DNA from: Escherichia coli
GTDB taxonomy: Bacteria; Pseudomonadota; Gammaproteobacteria; Enterobacterales; Enterobacteriaceae
DNA length: 32,000 nt
Direction: 5' to 3' (one strand)
NCBI RefSeq assembly: GCF_041320135.1
Contig: NZ_CP100966.1
A program made the position numbers and the translations under genes. Each line of letters begins with the position of its first letter. The stretch's first letter is position 1. The notes under the pieces are model-generated. The model was given only the letters and a program-made list of their open reading frames with translations. It was not told the DNA's origin and ran no database searches. Positions 1-8,663 of this stretch are shown one piece after another.

Positions 1-1185
1 ACAAACTACACCGCTGAATTCATCAATCTTATTGTGCGCGTAGATATAACCGAGCTCGAAACGTTTCCACAGCGCGTTAATCCCGGCAGTGAAATCTTTC
101 TCATTATTAGCATCTAAATAGGCGGTATTAAGATTAACCACAATGCCATTGTCCGGATCCGTTTTCAGGCCGTTCCAGGTCATGCTCATACCATAGCCGG
201 TACGATCGGACTGATCGACAAAATTACCCTTGCTATCGGTATAACCATAAGCATTATTTACCACGTTCGCTTCCATCGCTGCGGAAACGGTGAATTCTTC
301 CGTCGGCGACCAGGCAATTACTGGGCGCAGATAAGCAACATTTTTCTGCTGCTCCATATCGCGTCCATGATAATTACCGTCATTATATAAAGATGTTCCG
401 TCTTCAAGTAACGTGTTTAATTCAAAATACCAGTTATCGAGTTGTTTGCTGACGAGGAAATTACCGCCAGCGTTAGAGCGCCCGCGGCCCTCTTTCATCA
501 TATAGATATAACCGCTGCCATCGTCATAAAGATCGTTCGCAGTATTACCGGAATGTTCAACAAAGGTATCCTGATTCAGCGGGAACATATCGTAGGCTTC
601 AAAACGGCCTACTTTGACCTTCCAGTCGTTTTCTTTGCCAAAGAAGAATACCGCATCATCGATATTTACTGAACCGTGCATATCCCCCAGCGGTTGTGCG
701 GAGAACCCGGCGAAATAGCCATTATCCAGTTTTCGCATACCATCAAAACCTAACAGAATACGACCATTGAGATTCCACTGTTCATTAGTGGGATCGCTAT
801 TCACATCAGCGTTGGTCATTGCCAGCAGGCCATGATTACTTTCCGCATCCATATTAAATTCTACGTCGCCGTAGATTTTTAAATCGCCATAACCTGAAAG
901 CAAAAGATTAGGTGAGGTGGCATTTTTCTTTGCAGATTCCGCCGTTGCCTGTCCATTTACCGGCGTATTGCCCTGAGCGGCCTTAATTTCGCGGATCTCA
1001 GCGGCTTGTTGTGTCTGCAGCTGTTTAACCTGGCTCTCTGCTTTTGCCGCCCGCATTTCTGCCGCTTCCAGGCGTTCTTCCAGCAATGCCATGCGTTGTT
1101 CCAGCGTTAAATGCTGTGTTTTTGCCATACCGGTACTACATGCCAATAATAAACCGATGGCTAAAGATAATGTCGATTTTTTCAT
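1..1185 (-). CDS. Carbohydrate (maltoporin/ScrY-like) outer-membrane porin, C-terminus truncated by window edge
   Basis: Not in the ORF track because it runs off the window edge. Reverse-complement reading from ATG at 1185 gives MKKSTLSLAIGLLLACSTGMAKTQHLTLEQRMALLEERLEAAEMRAAKAESQVKQLQ... (signal peptide plus coiled coil), then LSGYGDLKIYGDVEFNMDAESN...GYGMSMTWNG, porin-like beta-strand sequence. The GGGAACG upstream of ATG is a weak RBS candidate. Confidence 0.8.
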   Translation of the reverse strand, partial: MKKSTLSLAIGLLLACSTGMAKTQHLTLEQRMALLEERLEAAEMRAAKAESQVKQLQTQQAAEIREIKAAQGNTPVNGQATAESAKKNATSPNLLLSGYGDLKIYGDVEFNMDAESNHGLLAMTNADVNSDPTNEQWNLNGRILLGFDGMRKLDNGYFAGFSAQPLGDMHGSVNIDDAVFFFGKENDWKVKVGRFEAYDMFPLNQDTFVEHSGNTANDLYDDGSGYIYMMKEGRGRSNAGGNFLVSKQLDNWYFELNTLLEDGTSLYNDGNYHGRDMEQQKNVAYLRPVIAWSPTEEFTVSAAMEANVVNNAYGYTDSKGNFVDQSDRTGYGMSMTWNGLKTDPDNGIVVNLNTAYLDANNEKDFTAGINALWKRFELGYIYAHNKIDEFSGVVC

Positions 1186-1662
1186 TATTTACGTTCCCTG
1201 AAATAAAGGAGGCCCTACGCTTTCCAAAAGGAATACGTATATAGAGAAATATAAAGTGTGCACTTTCGAATTTTTAATCCAACTTCAGCAGGCCGATGGA
1301 TAGTATCCCGCCGCATAATATGAGTAAATCCGCTGATTTCCTGGAACGTGAGGAATATAACAATAGTGCCGTTTTTAACTAAATATCGTAAAAAATATTA
1401 GATATGATTCAAACTGACTCATAAGCCACAAATATAAATAACGTGGCAGCAAAATATCCGCGACTGTTAAACATTCACAAAATCATTAAATAATGATTTT
1501 TTATTCACAACATTTATTTAACCCATCAATATGTGCCTTACGCCGCAAAATTTATCCTTCACTCTGCTTTATATTGTCACGACTTCACGACATATCCGCG
1601 CTCATCACAAACCCACCCCGCTATTACAATTAACTGAAATATTTTTTCATGGAGTCCGATTA

Positions 1663-2109
1663 ATGGCAGCTCTTACTGCAAGCTGTATTGACCTGAATAT
1701 TCAGGGCAATGGCGCTTATTCCGTTCTGAAGCAGTTGGCGACAATGGCGTTACAAAACGGTTTTATCACCGACTCACACCAGTTCCTGCAAACCCTGCTG
1801 CTGCGCGAAAAAATGCACTCCACCGGTTTTGGTTCTGGTGTCGCCGTGCCGCACGGTAAAAGCGCCTGCGTTAAACAACCGTTCGTGTTATTCGCCCGCA
1901 AAGCGCAGGCTATTGACTGGAAAGCCAGCGATGGCGAAGACGTCAATTGCTGGATCTGCCTCGGCGTGCCGCAAAGCGGCGAAGAGGATCAGGTCAAAAT
2001 CATCGGCACACTGTGTCGCAAAATTATCCACCAGGATTTTATTCATCAACTGCAACAGGGCGACGCCGACCAAGTGCTTGCCTTGTTAAATCAAACCCTC
2101 AGCTCATAA
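1663..2109 (+). CDS. frvA: FrvA-type PTS EIIA component (fructose/mannitol family)
   Basis: Part of ORF 1531..2109; ATG at 1663 gives a 148-aa EIIA_2 domain with the VAVPHGK active-site His motif; followed by frvB, frvX, frvR. Confidence 0.9.
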   Translation: MAALTASCIDLNIQGNGAYSVLKQLATMALQNGFITDSHQFLQTLLLREKMHSTGFGSGVAVPHGKSACVKQPFVLFARKAQAIDWKASDGEDVNCWICLGVPQSGEEDQVKIIGTLCRKIIHQDFIHQLQQGDADQVLALLNQTLSS

Positions 2110-2119
2110 GGAAGTGGCG

Positions 2120-3571
2120 ATGGAGTCATCCTTACGTATTGTCGCGATCACCAACTGCCCCGCCGGGATCGCTCACACCTACATGGTGGCGGAAGCCCTG
2201 GAACAGAAAGCCCGTTCTCTCGGCCATACCATAAAAGTGGAAACTCAAGGGTCCAGCGGCGTTGAAAACCGCTTATCCAGCGAAGAGATTGCCGCTGCCG
2301 ATTACGTGATTCTCGCCACCGGGCGTGGCCTGAGCGGTGACGATCGCGCGCGGTTTGCCGGGAAAAAGGTTTATGAGATTGCCATCTCCCAAGCGCTGAA
2401 AAATATCGACCAGATTTTCAGTGAATTACCAACAAACTCGCAGCTTTTTGCCGCAGATAGCGGCGTGAAGCTCGGCAAACAGGAAGTACAAAGCGGCAGC
2501 GTAATGAGCCACCTGATGGCGGGCGTCTCTGCGGCGCTGCCGTTTGTTATCGGTGGCGGTATCCTGGTGGCGCTTGCCAACATGCTGGTGCAGTTCGGCC
2601 TGCCGTATACCGATATGTCGAAAGGCGCGCCGTCGTTTACCTGGGTAGTTGAATCCATCGGTTACCTCGGCTTCACCTTTATGATCCCCATCATGGGCGC
2701 TTATATTGCCTCGTCGATTGCCGATAAACCGGCTTTCGCTCCGGCGTTTCTGGTTTGCTATCTGGCGAACGACAAAGCCCTGCTCGGCACCCAGTCGGGT
2801 GCGGGATTCCTCGGCGCGGTGGTGCTGGGGCTGGCGATTGGCTATTTCGTCTTCTGGTTCCGTAAAGTCCGTCTCGGCAAAGCGCTACAACCGCTGCTCG
2901 GTTCAATGCTGATCCCGTTCGTTACTCTGCTGGTTTTCGGCGTGCTCACTTACTACGTTATCGGACCGGTGATGTCCGACCTCATGGGCGGGCTACTGCA
3001 CTTCCTCAATACCATTCCTCCATCAATGAAGTTTGCGGCAGCGTTTCTGGTCGGTGCGATGCTGGCGTTCGATATGGGCGGCCCCATCAATAAAACCGCC
3101 TGGTTCTTCTGCTTCTCACTGCTGGAAAAACACATTTATGACTGGTACGCCATCGTCGGCGTTGTCGCGCTGATGCCGCCCGTCGCGGCGGGTCTTGCGA
3201 CGTTCATTGCGCCCAAACTGTTTACCCGACAGGAAAAAGAGGCTGCCAGTAGTGCCATTGTGGTCGGTGCCACAGTCGCAACCGAACCGGCTATTCCTTA
3301 CGCTCTGGCAGCTCCGTTGCCGATGATTACCGCCAATACGCTGGCGGGCGGTATTACCGGCGTGCTGGTGATCGCTTTCGGAATCAAACGTCTGGCACCT
3401 GGTTTGGGTATCTTTGACCCGCTGATCGGCCTGATGTCGCCGGTGGGTTCGTTTTATCTGGTGCTGGCGATTGGCCTCGCGCTGAACATTTCATTCATTA
3501 TCGTCCTGAAAGGATTGTGGTTACGCCGCAAAGCGAAAGCCGCGCAACAGGAGCTTGTCCATGAACATTGA
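2120..3571 (+). CDS. frvB: FrvB-type PTS EIIBC component (fructose family)
   Basis: ATG 2120 (GTG 2114 in the track) gives 483 aa; EIIB motif ITNCPAGIAHTYMVAEALEQ and a polytopic EIIC domain; RBS AAGGA at 2108. Confidence 0.92.
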   Translation: MESSLRIVAITNCPAGIAHTYMVAEALEQKARSLGHTIKVETQGSSGVENRLSSEEIAAADYVILATGRGLSGDDRARFAGKKVYEIAISQALKNIDQIFSELPTNSQLFAADSGVKLGKQEVQSGSVMSHLMAGVSAALPFVIGGGILVALANMLVQFGLPYTDMSKGAPSFTWVVESIGYLGFTFMIPIMGAYIASSIADKPAFAPAFLVCYLANDKALLGTQSGAGFLGAVVLGLAIGYFVFWFRKVRLGKALQPLLGSMLIPFVTLLVFGVLTYYVIGPVMSDLMGGLLHFLNTIPPSMKFAAAFLVGAMLAFDMGGPINKTAWFFCFSLLEKHIYDWYAIVGVVALMPPVAAGLATFIAPKLFTRQEKEAASSAIVVGATVATEPAIPYALAAPLPMITANTLAGGITGVLVIAFGIKRLAPGLGIFDPLIGLMSPVGSFYLVLAIGLALNISFIIVLKGLWLRRKAKAAQQELVHEH

Positions 3572-4631
3572 GTTACTGCAACAGTTGTGCGAAGCCAGCG
3601 CCGTCAGCGGCGATGAACAGGAAGTTCGCGACATTCTGATAAACACGCTGGAACCTTGCGTTAATGAGATCACCTTTGATGGTCTGGGCAGCTTTGTTGC
3701 CCGTAAGGGAAATAAAGGTCCAAAAGTTGCCGTTGTCGGGCATATGGATGAAGTCGGCTTTATGGTCACCCACATCGACGAGAGCGGTTTTCTGCGCTTT
3801 ACCACCATTGGCGGCTGGTGGAATCAGTCGATGCTCAACCACCGGGTAACCATACGCACACACAAGGGATATAAAATCCCTGGTGTGATTGGTTCCGTCG
3901 CGCCTCATGCGTTAACGGAAAAGCAAAAGCAACAACCGCTGTCATTTGATGAGATGTTCATTGATATTGGCGCGAAAAGTCGCGAAGAAGCGGAAAAGCG
4001 CGGCGTGGAAATTGGCGATTTTATTAGCCCGGAAGCCAATTTTGCCTGCTGGGGCGAAGATAAAGTAGTCGGCAAGGCGCTGGATAACCGCATCGGCTGC
4101 GCGATGATGGCGGAGCTACTACAGACAGTAAATAACCCAGAAATTACGCTGTATGGCGTTGGCAGTGTGGAAGAAGAAGTTGGGCTACGCGGGGCACAAA
4201 CCTCGGCTGAACACACTAAACCGGATGTGGTGATCGTGCTGGATACCGCCGTCGCAGGTGATGTTCCGGGCATTGATAACATTAAATACCCGCTGAAACT
4301 GGGCAACGGGCCGGGGCTGATGCTGTTTGACAAGCGCTACTTACCCAACCAGAAACTGGTGGCGGCGTTAAAAAACTGTGCCGCACATAACGGTTTACCG
4401 CTGCAATTTTCCACCATGAAAACCGGAGCGACGGATGGCGGGCGCTACAACGTGATGGGCGGCGGGCGTCCGGTTGTCGCGCTGTGTCTGCCAACTCGTT
4501 ATCTGCACGCCAACAGCGGTATGATTTCAAAAGCCGATTATGATGCTCTGCTCACGCTGATACGGGGTTTTCTGACGACCTTAACTGCGGAGAAAGTCAA
4601 CGCGTTTAGTCAGTTCCGTCAGGTGGATTAA
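3561..4631 (+). CDS. frvX: FrvX, M42-family (glutamyl aminopeptidase/endoglucanase-like) metallopeptidase
   Basis: ORF 3555..4631; ATG at 3561 gives 356 aa; GHMDEVGFMVTHI and GSVEEEVGLRGA motifs; overlaps the frvB end. Confidence 0.9.
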   Translation: MNIELLQQLCEASAVSGDEQEVRDILINTLEPCVNEITFDGLGSFVARKGNKGPKVAVVGHMDEVGFMVTHIDESGFLRFTTIGGWWNQSMLNHRVTIRTHKGYKIPGVIGSVAPHALTEKQKQQPLSFDEMFIDIGAKSREEAEKRGVEIGDFISPEANFACWGEDKVVGKALDNRIGCAMMAELLQTVNNPEITLYGVGSVEEEVGLRGAQTSAEHTKPDVVIVLDTAVAGDVPGIDNIKYPLKLGNGPGLMLFDKRYLPNQKLVAALKNCAAHNGLPLQFSTMKTGATDGGRYNVMGGGRPVVALCLPTRYLHANSGMISKADYDALLTLIRGFLTTLTAEKVNAFSQFRQVD

Positions 4632-6379
4632 TGCTAAACGAACGCCAGTTAAAGATTGTCGATCTGCTGGAGCAACAGCCGCGCACGCCTGGCGAGCTGG
4701 CGCAACAGACTGGCGTTTCAGGCAGGACCATCCTGCGTGATATTGACTATCTCAACTTCACCCTTAACGGCAAAGCCCGCATTTTCGCCAGTGGCAGTGC
4801 GGGCTATCAGCTGGAAATCTTCGAGCGCCGCAGTTTTTTTCAGTTGCTGCAAAAGCACGATAACGACGATCGGCTGCTGGCGCTGTTATTACTGAATACT
4901 TTCACTCCCCGTGCGCAACTCGCCTCGGCGCTTAATTTGCCAGAAACGTGGGTAGCAGAGCGTCTGCCCCGCCTGAAACAGCGTTATGAACGTACTTGCT
5001 GCCTGGCCAGTCGCCCCGGTTTGGGCCATTTCATTGATGAGACAGAAGAGAAGCGCGTTATCTTGCTGGCGAACTTGCTACGCAAAGATCCGTTTTTAAT
5101 ACCGCTGGCGGGCGTAACACGAGACAACCTTCAGCATTTATCCACGGCCTGCGACAACCAACACCGCTGGCCGCTCATGCAGGGTGATTATCTCTCCAGC
5201 CTGATTCTGGCTATTTACGCCCTGCGTAATCAACTGACCGATGAGTGGCCGCAATATCCCGGTAACGAGATAAAACAAATCGTTGAACAGAGCGGCCTGT
5301 TTCTTGGTGATAACGCTGTAAGAACCCTGACGGGTTTGATAGAGAAACAACATCAGCAAGCGCAAATAATTTCTGCCGATAATGTGCAGGGGTTGCTGCA
5401 AAGGGTGCCGGGTATCGCGTCATTGAATATTATTGATACGCAGTTGGTTGAGAATATTACCGGGCATTTATTACGTTGCCTTGCCGCACCGGTGTGGATT
5501 GCCGAGCACCGCCAAAGCAGCATGAATAACCTGAAAGCCGCCTGGCCTGCGGCCTTTGATATGAGTCTGCACTTTATTACGCTACTGCGTGAACAGCTCG
5601 ATATTCCCCTTTTCGACAGCGATCTGATCGGTTTGTATTTTGCCTGTGCGCTGGAACGGCATCAAAACGAACGCCAGCCGATCATTTTGCTCTCGGACCA
5701 GAACGCGATTGCCACCATTAATCAGCTCGCCATTGAGCGCGATGTTTTAAATTGTCGGGTGATTATTGCCCGTAGCTTAAGCGAGCTTGTTGCCATTCGC
5801 GAAGAGATTGAGCCGTTATTGATCATTAACAACAGCCATTATTTACTGGATGACGCGGTAAATAATTACATCACCGTAAAAAATATCATTACGGCTGCCG
5901 GTATCGAACAAATAAAACATTTTCTGGCGACGGCATTTATTCGCCAACAACCGGAGCGTTTTTTCTCTGCCCCCGGAAGTTTTCATTATTCGAATGTACG
6001 CGGTGAAAGCTGGCAACATATTACCCGGCAAATTTGTGCGCAATTAGTCGCACAACACCATATTACCGCCGATGAAGCGCAACGGATCATCGCCCGCGAA
6101 GGCGAAGGTGAAAACCTGATTGTTAATCGCCTCGCCATCCCACATTGCTGGAGCGAACAGGAGCGACGTTTTCGTGGATTTTTTATTACCCTCGCCCAAT
6201 CAGTTGAGGTGAATAACGAAGTCATTAACCATGTTTTGATCGCCTGCGCCGCCGCCGATGCGCGTCATGAGCTAAAAATATTCAGCTATCTGGCAAGCGT
6301 ATTGTGTCAGCATCCGGCAGAAGTTATTGCCGGGTTAACAGGATATGAGGCATTTATGGAGTTACTTCACAAGGGGTGA
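4631..6379 (+). CDS. frvR: FrvR, BglG/MtlR-type PRD-containing transcriptional regulator
   Basis: 582-aa ORF; N-terminal HTH (LAQQTGVSGRTILRDIDYLN), PRD-type and C-terminal EIIA-like regions; start overlaps frvX stop (TAATG). Confidence 0.9.
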   Translation: MLNERQLKIVDLLEQQPRTPGELAQQTGVSGRTILRDIDYLNFTLNGKARIFASGSAGYQLEIFERRSFFQLLQKHDNDDRLLALLLLNTFTPRAQLASALNLPETWVAERLPRLKQRYERTCCLASRPGLGHFIDETEEKRVILLANLLRKDPFLIPLAGVTRDNLQHLSTACDNQHRWPLMQGDYLSSLILAIYALRNQLTDEWPQYPGNEIKQIVEQSGLFLGDNAVRTLTGLIEKQHQQAQIISADNVQGLLQRVPGIASLNIIDTQLVENITGHLLRCLAAPVWIAEHRQSSMNNLKAAWPAAFDMSLHFITLLREQLDIPLFDSDLIGLYFACALERHQNERQPIILLSDQNAIATINQLAIERDVLNCRVIIARSLSELVAIREEIEPLLIINNSHYLLDDAVNNYITVKNIITAAGIEQIKHFLATAFIRQQPERFFSAPGSFHYSNVRGESWQHITRQICAQLVAQHHITADEAQRIIAREGEGENLIVNRLAIPHCWSEQERRFRGFFITLAQSVEVNNEVINHVLIACAAADARHELKIFSYLASVLCQHPAEVIAGLTGYEAFMELLHKG

Positions 6380-6382
6380 ACT

Positions 6383-6407
6383 GTGTCGGATGCGCCGCAT
6401 CCGACAC
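6383..6407. terminator. Near-perfect inverted repeat between convergent frvR and yiiG (terminator or REP-like)
   Basis: GTGTCGGATGCG-C-CGCATCCGACAC, 12-nt complementary arms (innermost bases unlikely to pair). Confidence 0.5.
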
Positions 6408-6428
6408 TGCATTTATCATCAAAAACGT

Positions 6429-7484
6429 TTAACGCAGGCTATTATAGTCATCAACCATTTCGTTGTACTCGCGTAACGCTCGTGGAAATGAGTCTTCGAC
6501 CATCCAGCTTGTGTTTGCATCCTGAAGATGCTCTTTATCCCAGTCAGAGTACGGGACTTTATCTCTGACGCGGCGAACATATTTTTTAGTCTCGAGTTGA
6601 TACTGGTCTGCCGAATTAATGAACGAGAAATTCATACCGCCTTTATCCGCTTCTTTGGCCTGCGCTACCAGCGTTTCCAGTTCAGAGACTTTCTTCATTG
6701 CCGCATCAACATCAAACTTCTCTTGCGATATCAGGTTATTAATTTGTTTCGCTGAAATCATGACTGCCAGAGAGTAGTAGTGGAATGTTTTCCCTTCTCT
6801 TTCTTCAATATTTTTCAGTTCCGCAAGCTGGCGCTTATCATTAATTTCCTGAATCGCCGCATGATAAGATTCTGCTACAGGTTCAAAGGCTTCCAGATTT
6901 TTTAAGAATGTCTGGTGCAGCGTTTTCCCTTTCGCAAACGCATCGTCTTTATAATTTTCCTGGGTGTAATATTTATCCATTTCGTTAATGGTATTACCCA
7001 ACGCCACGGCAGCATCAATATAACTCACCGCCACGCCATCAATAGGTTGCAGCGCAGGCGTTAACGCCACGACTCTTTTTATTCCTTTTTGACACTCAGA
7101 GAGATTGGATTCACTAATGCCGTAGATGCCATAAACAAGGCTCTCTTTACCCGTTGGCCCCTGTTTAAAATCTTTCAGCCAGTCAGCATAACGCGCCAGA
7201 CTGTTCTGTACAGGGATCTGTAACTTGTTGTAGCACTTGATATAGACATCCATTTTTTCGTCGAAAACCGCTTGTTCATCGACCACCGGTTGCGCAGGTG
7301 TTTCAGGTTTAGCATCTGCTTTTGCAACGGGAGCTTCAGTAGGTTTCGCTTCAGGAGCTGGTGCGGCAGGTTGACTATTGGCAGGCGGGGGCGTTTCTGT
7401 TTCGGCTTTTTTATCATCACAACCCGTCAGACCGAGGGCCATGATGGCGACTATAATAGCGGAAGATAATAAATTCCTTTTCAT
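6429..7484 (-). CDS. yiiG: YiiG, DUF3829-type putative lipoprotein
   Basis: 351-aa ORF, signal peptide with lipobox LGLTGC, Pro/Ala-rich linker; matches recalled YiiG and its synteny. Confidence 0.9.
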   Translation of the reverse strand: MKRNLLSSAIIVAIMALGLTGCDDKKAETETPPPANSQPAAPAPEAKPTEAPVAKADAKPETPAQPVVDEQAVFDEKMDVYIKCYNKLQIPVQNSLARYADWLKDFKQGPTGKESLVYGIYGISESNLSECQKGIKRVVALTPALQPIDGVAVSYIDAAVALGNTINEMDKYYTQENYKDDAFAKGKTLHQTFLKNLEAFEPVAESYHAAIQEINDKRQLAELKNIEEREGKTFHYYSLAVMISAKQINNLISQEKFDVDAAMKKVSELETLVAQAKEADKGGMNFSFINSADQYQLETKKYVRRVRDKVPYSDWDKEHLQDANTSWMVEDSFPRALREYNEMVDDYNSLR

Positions 7485-7594
7485 TTAATTGCCTTATAAA
7501 TATATAGATAAGAGAGTGAACATAATAAATGAAAAAAGAAAACGCCACTACACGCATTTTGTTTATAAATAAAATAATAAAATTCACGAAATGA

Positions 7595-7631
7595 ATAAGT
7601 CCTGCAATTTAATATATATCGCAGGACTTAT
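7595..7631 (-). terminator. Stem-loop downstream of fdhD
   Basis: ATAAGTCCTGC (7595-7605) / GCAGGACTTAT (7621-7631), perfect 11-nt arms, 15-nt AT-rich loop, just past the fdhD stop. Confidence 0.6.
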
Positions 7632-7636
7632 TTTAA

Positions 7637-8470
7637 TTAATTGCTCAAACGCTGCGGATGGGTATAAACCGTTGCCCGACCCGGTTTACAAAAACCTACC
7701 AGTGTCAAATTACAGCGCTCAGCCACTTCTACAGCAAGCGTGGTCGCGGCAGACACCGCAAACAAAATCTCTACGCCGCACATCGCCGACTTTTGCACCA
7801 TTTCATAACTGGCACGACTGGAAACCAGTACCGCACCTTGCTGCCAGCTCTCCCCTTCTTGTGACCGGCGGCCTAACAGTTTGTCCAGCGCCACATGGCG
7901 ACCTACGTCTTCATGCCCGCCGACCAGTTCGCCAGATGGCAACATCCAGGCAGCGGCGTGAGTACAACCAGTCAGTTGTCCCACTGGCTGAAAATCGTTG
8001 AGATGACGTAATGCATCATCCAGTTTGTTGAGATCAAACGTCTGGGTGAACGGTAGCGGCTGCACCGGTTTTCCGATGTCATTAAGTTGCTCCACGCCGC
8101 ATACGCCACAGCCCGTACGTCCCGCCAGCGCCCGGCGGCGCTCCTTCAACCCCATAAAGCGGCGGCTGGAAAGCTCAATTTGTACTTCAAGACCATTACA
8201 GGAAGGAACGACATCCATGCCGAAGATATCGCGCGGACTTTCTATTATCCCCTCGGAAAGCGAAAAACCGAGCGCAAAGTACTCAAGGTCTTTGGGCGAC
8301 GCCATCATCACCACATGCGAAATGCCGTTGTAGACCAGCGCAACGGGAACTTCTTCCGCGACCTCATCTAACCGTGGGTGTTGTAAATCATCACGCCGCC
8401 ATAACTCAATTTGACGAACACCTGTGATATTTGTCACATTTTCGATTTCTTTTTGCTGTGTTTTTTTCAC
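7637..8470 (-). CDS. fdhD: FdhD, sulfurtransferase for formate dehydrogenase maturation
   Basis: 277-aa ORF with the conserved [11 protein letters not shown] motif; divergent from fdoG. Confidence 0.95.
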
Positions 8471-8663
8471 TTTCTCTTAACCAGATAAGAACACACACAC
8501 CAACATTATGGTATTCTGTTACAAACCCTTCCTGGATGGAGGGAAATTGAGCCAATTCTGGACCTTTGCGGCCCCTTCCGCAAAGAAAAATAACTCCCAC
8601 TCCCTGCACACGCAGCAAGCGAATGTAAATGGGACGTGACAATGTCGAAACAAGGAGCAATCC

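Noticed and set aside
1531-1662. N-terminal extension of frvA in the ORF track
   Set aside because: ATG at 1663 gives the expected 148-aa EIIA domain; the extension is non-conserved-looking AT-rich sequence.
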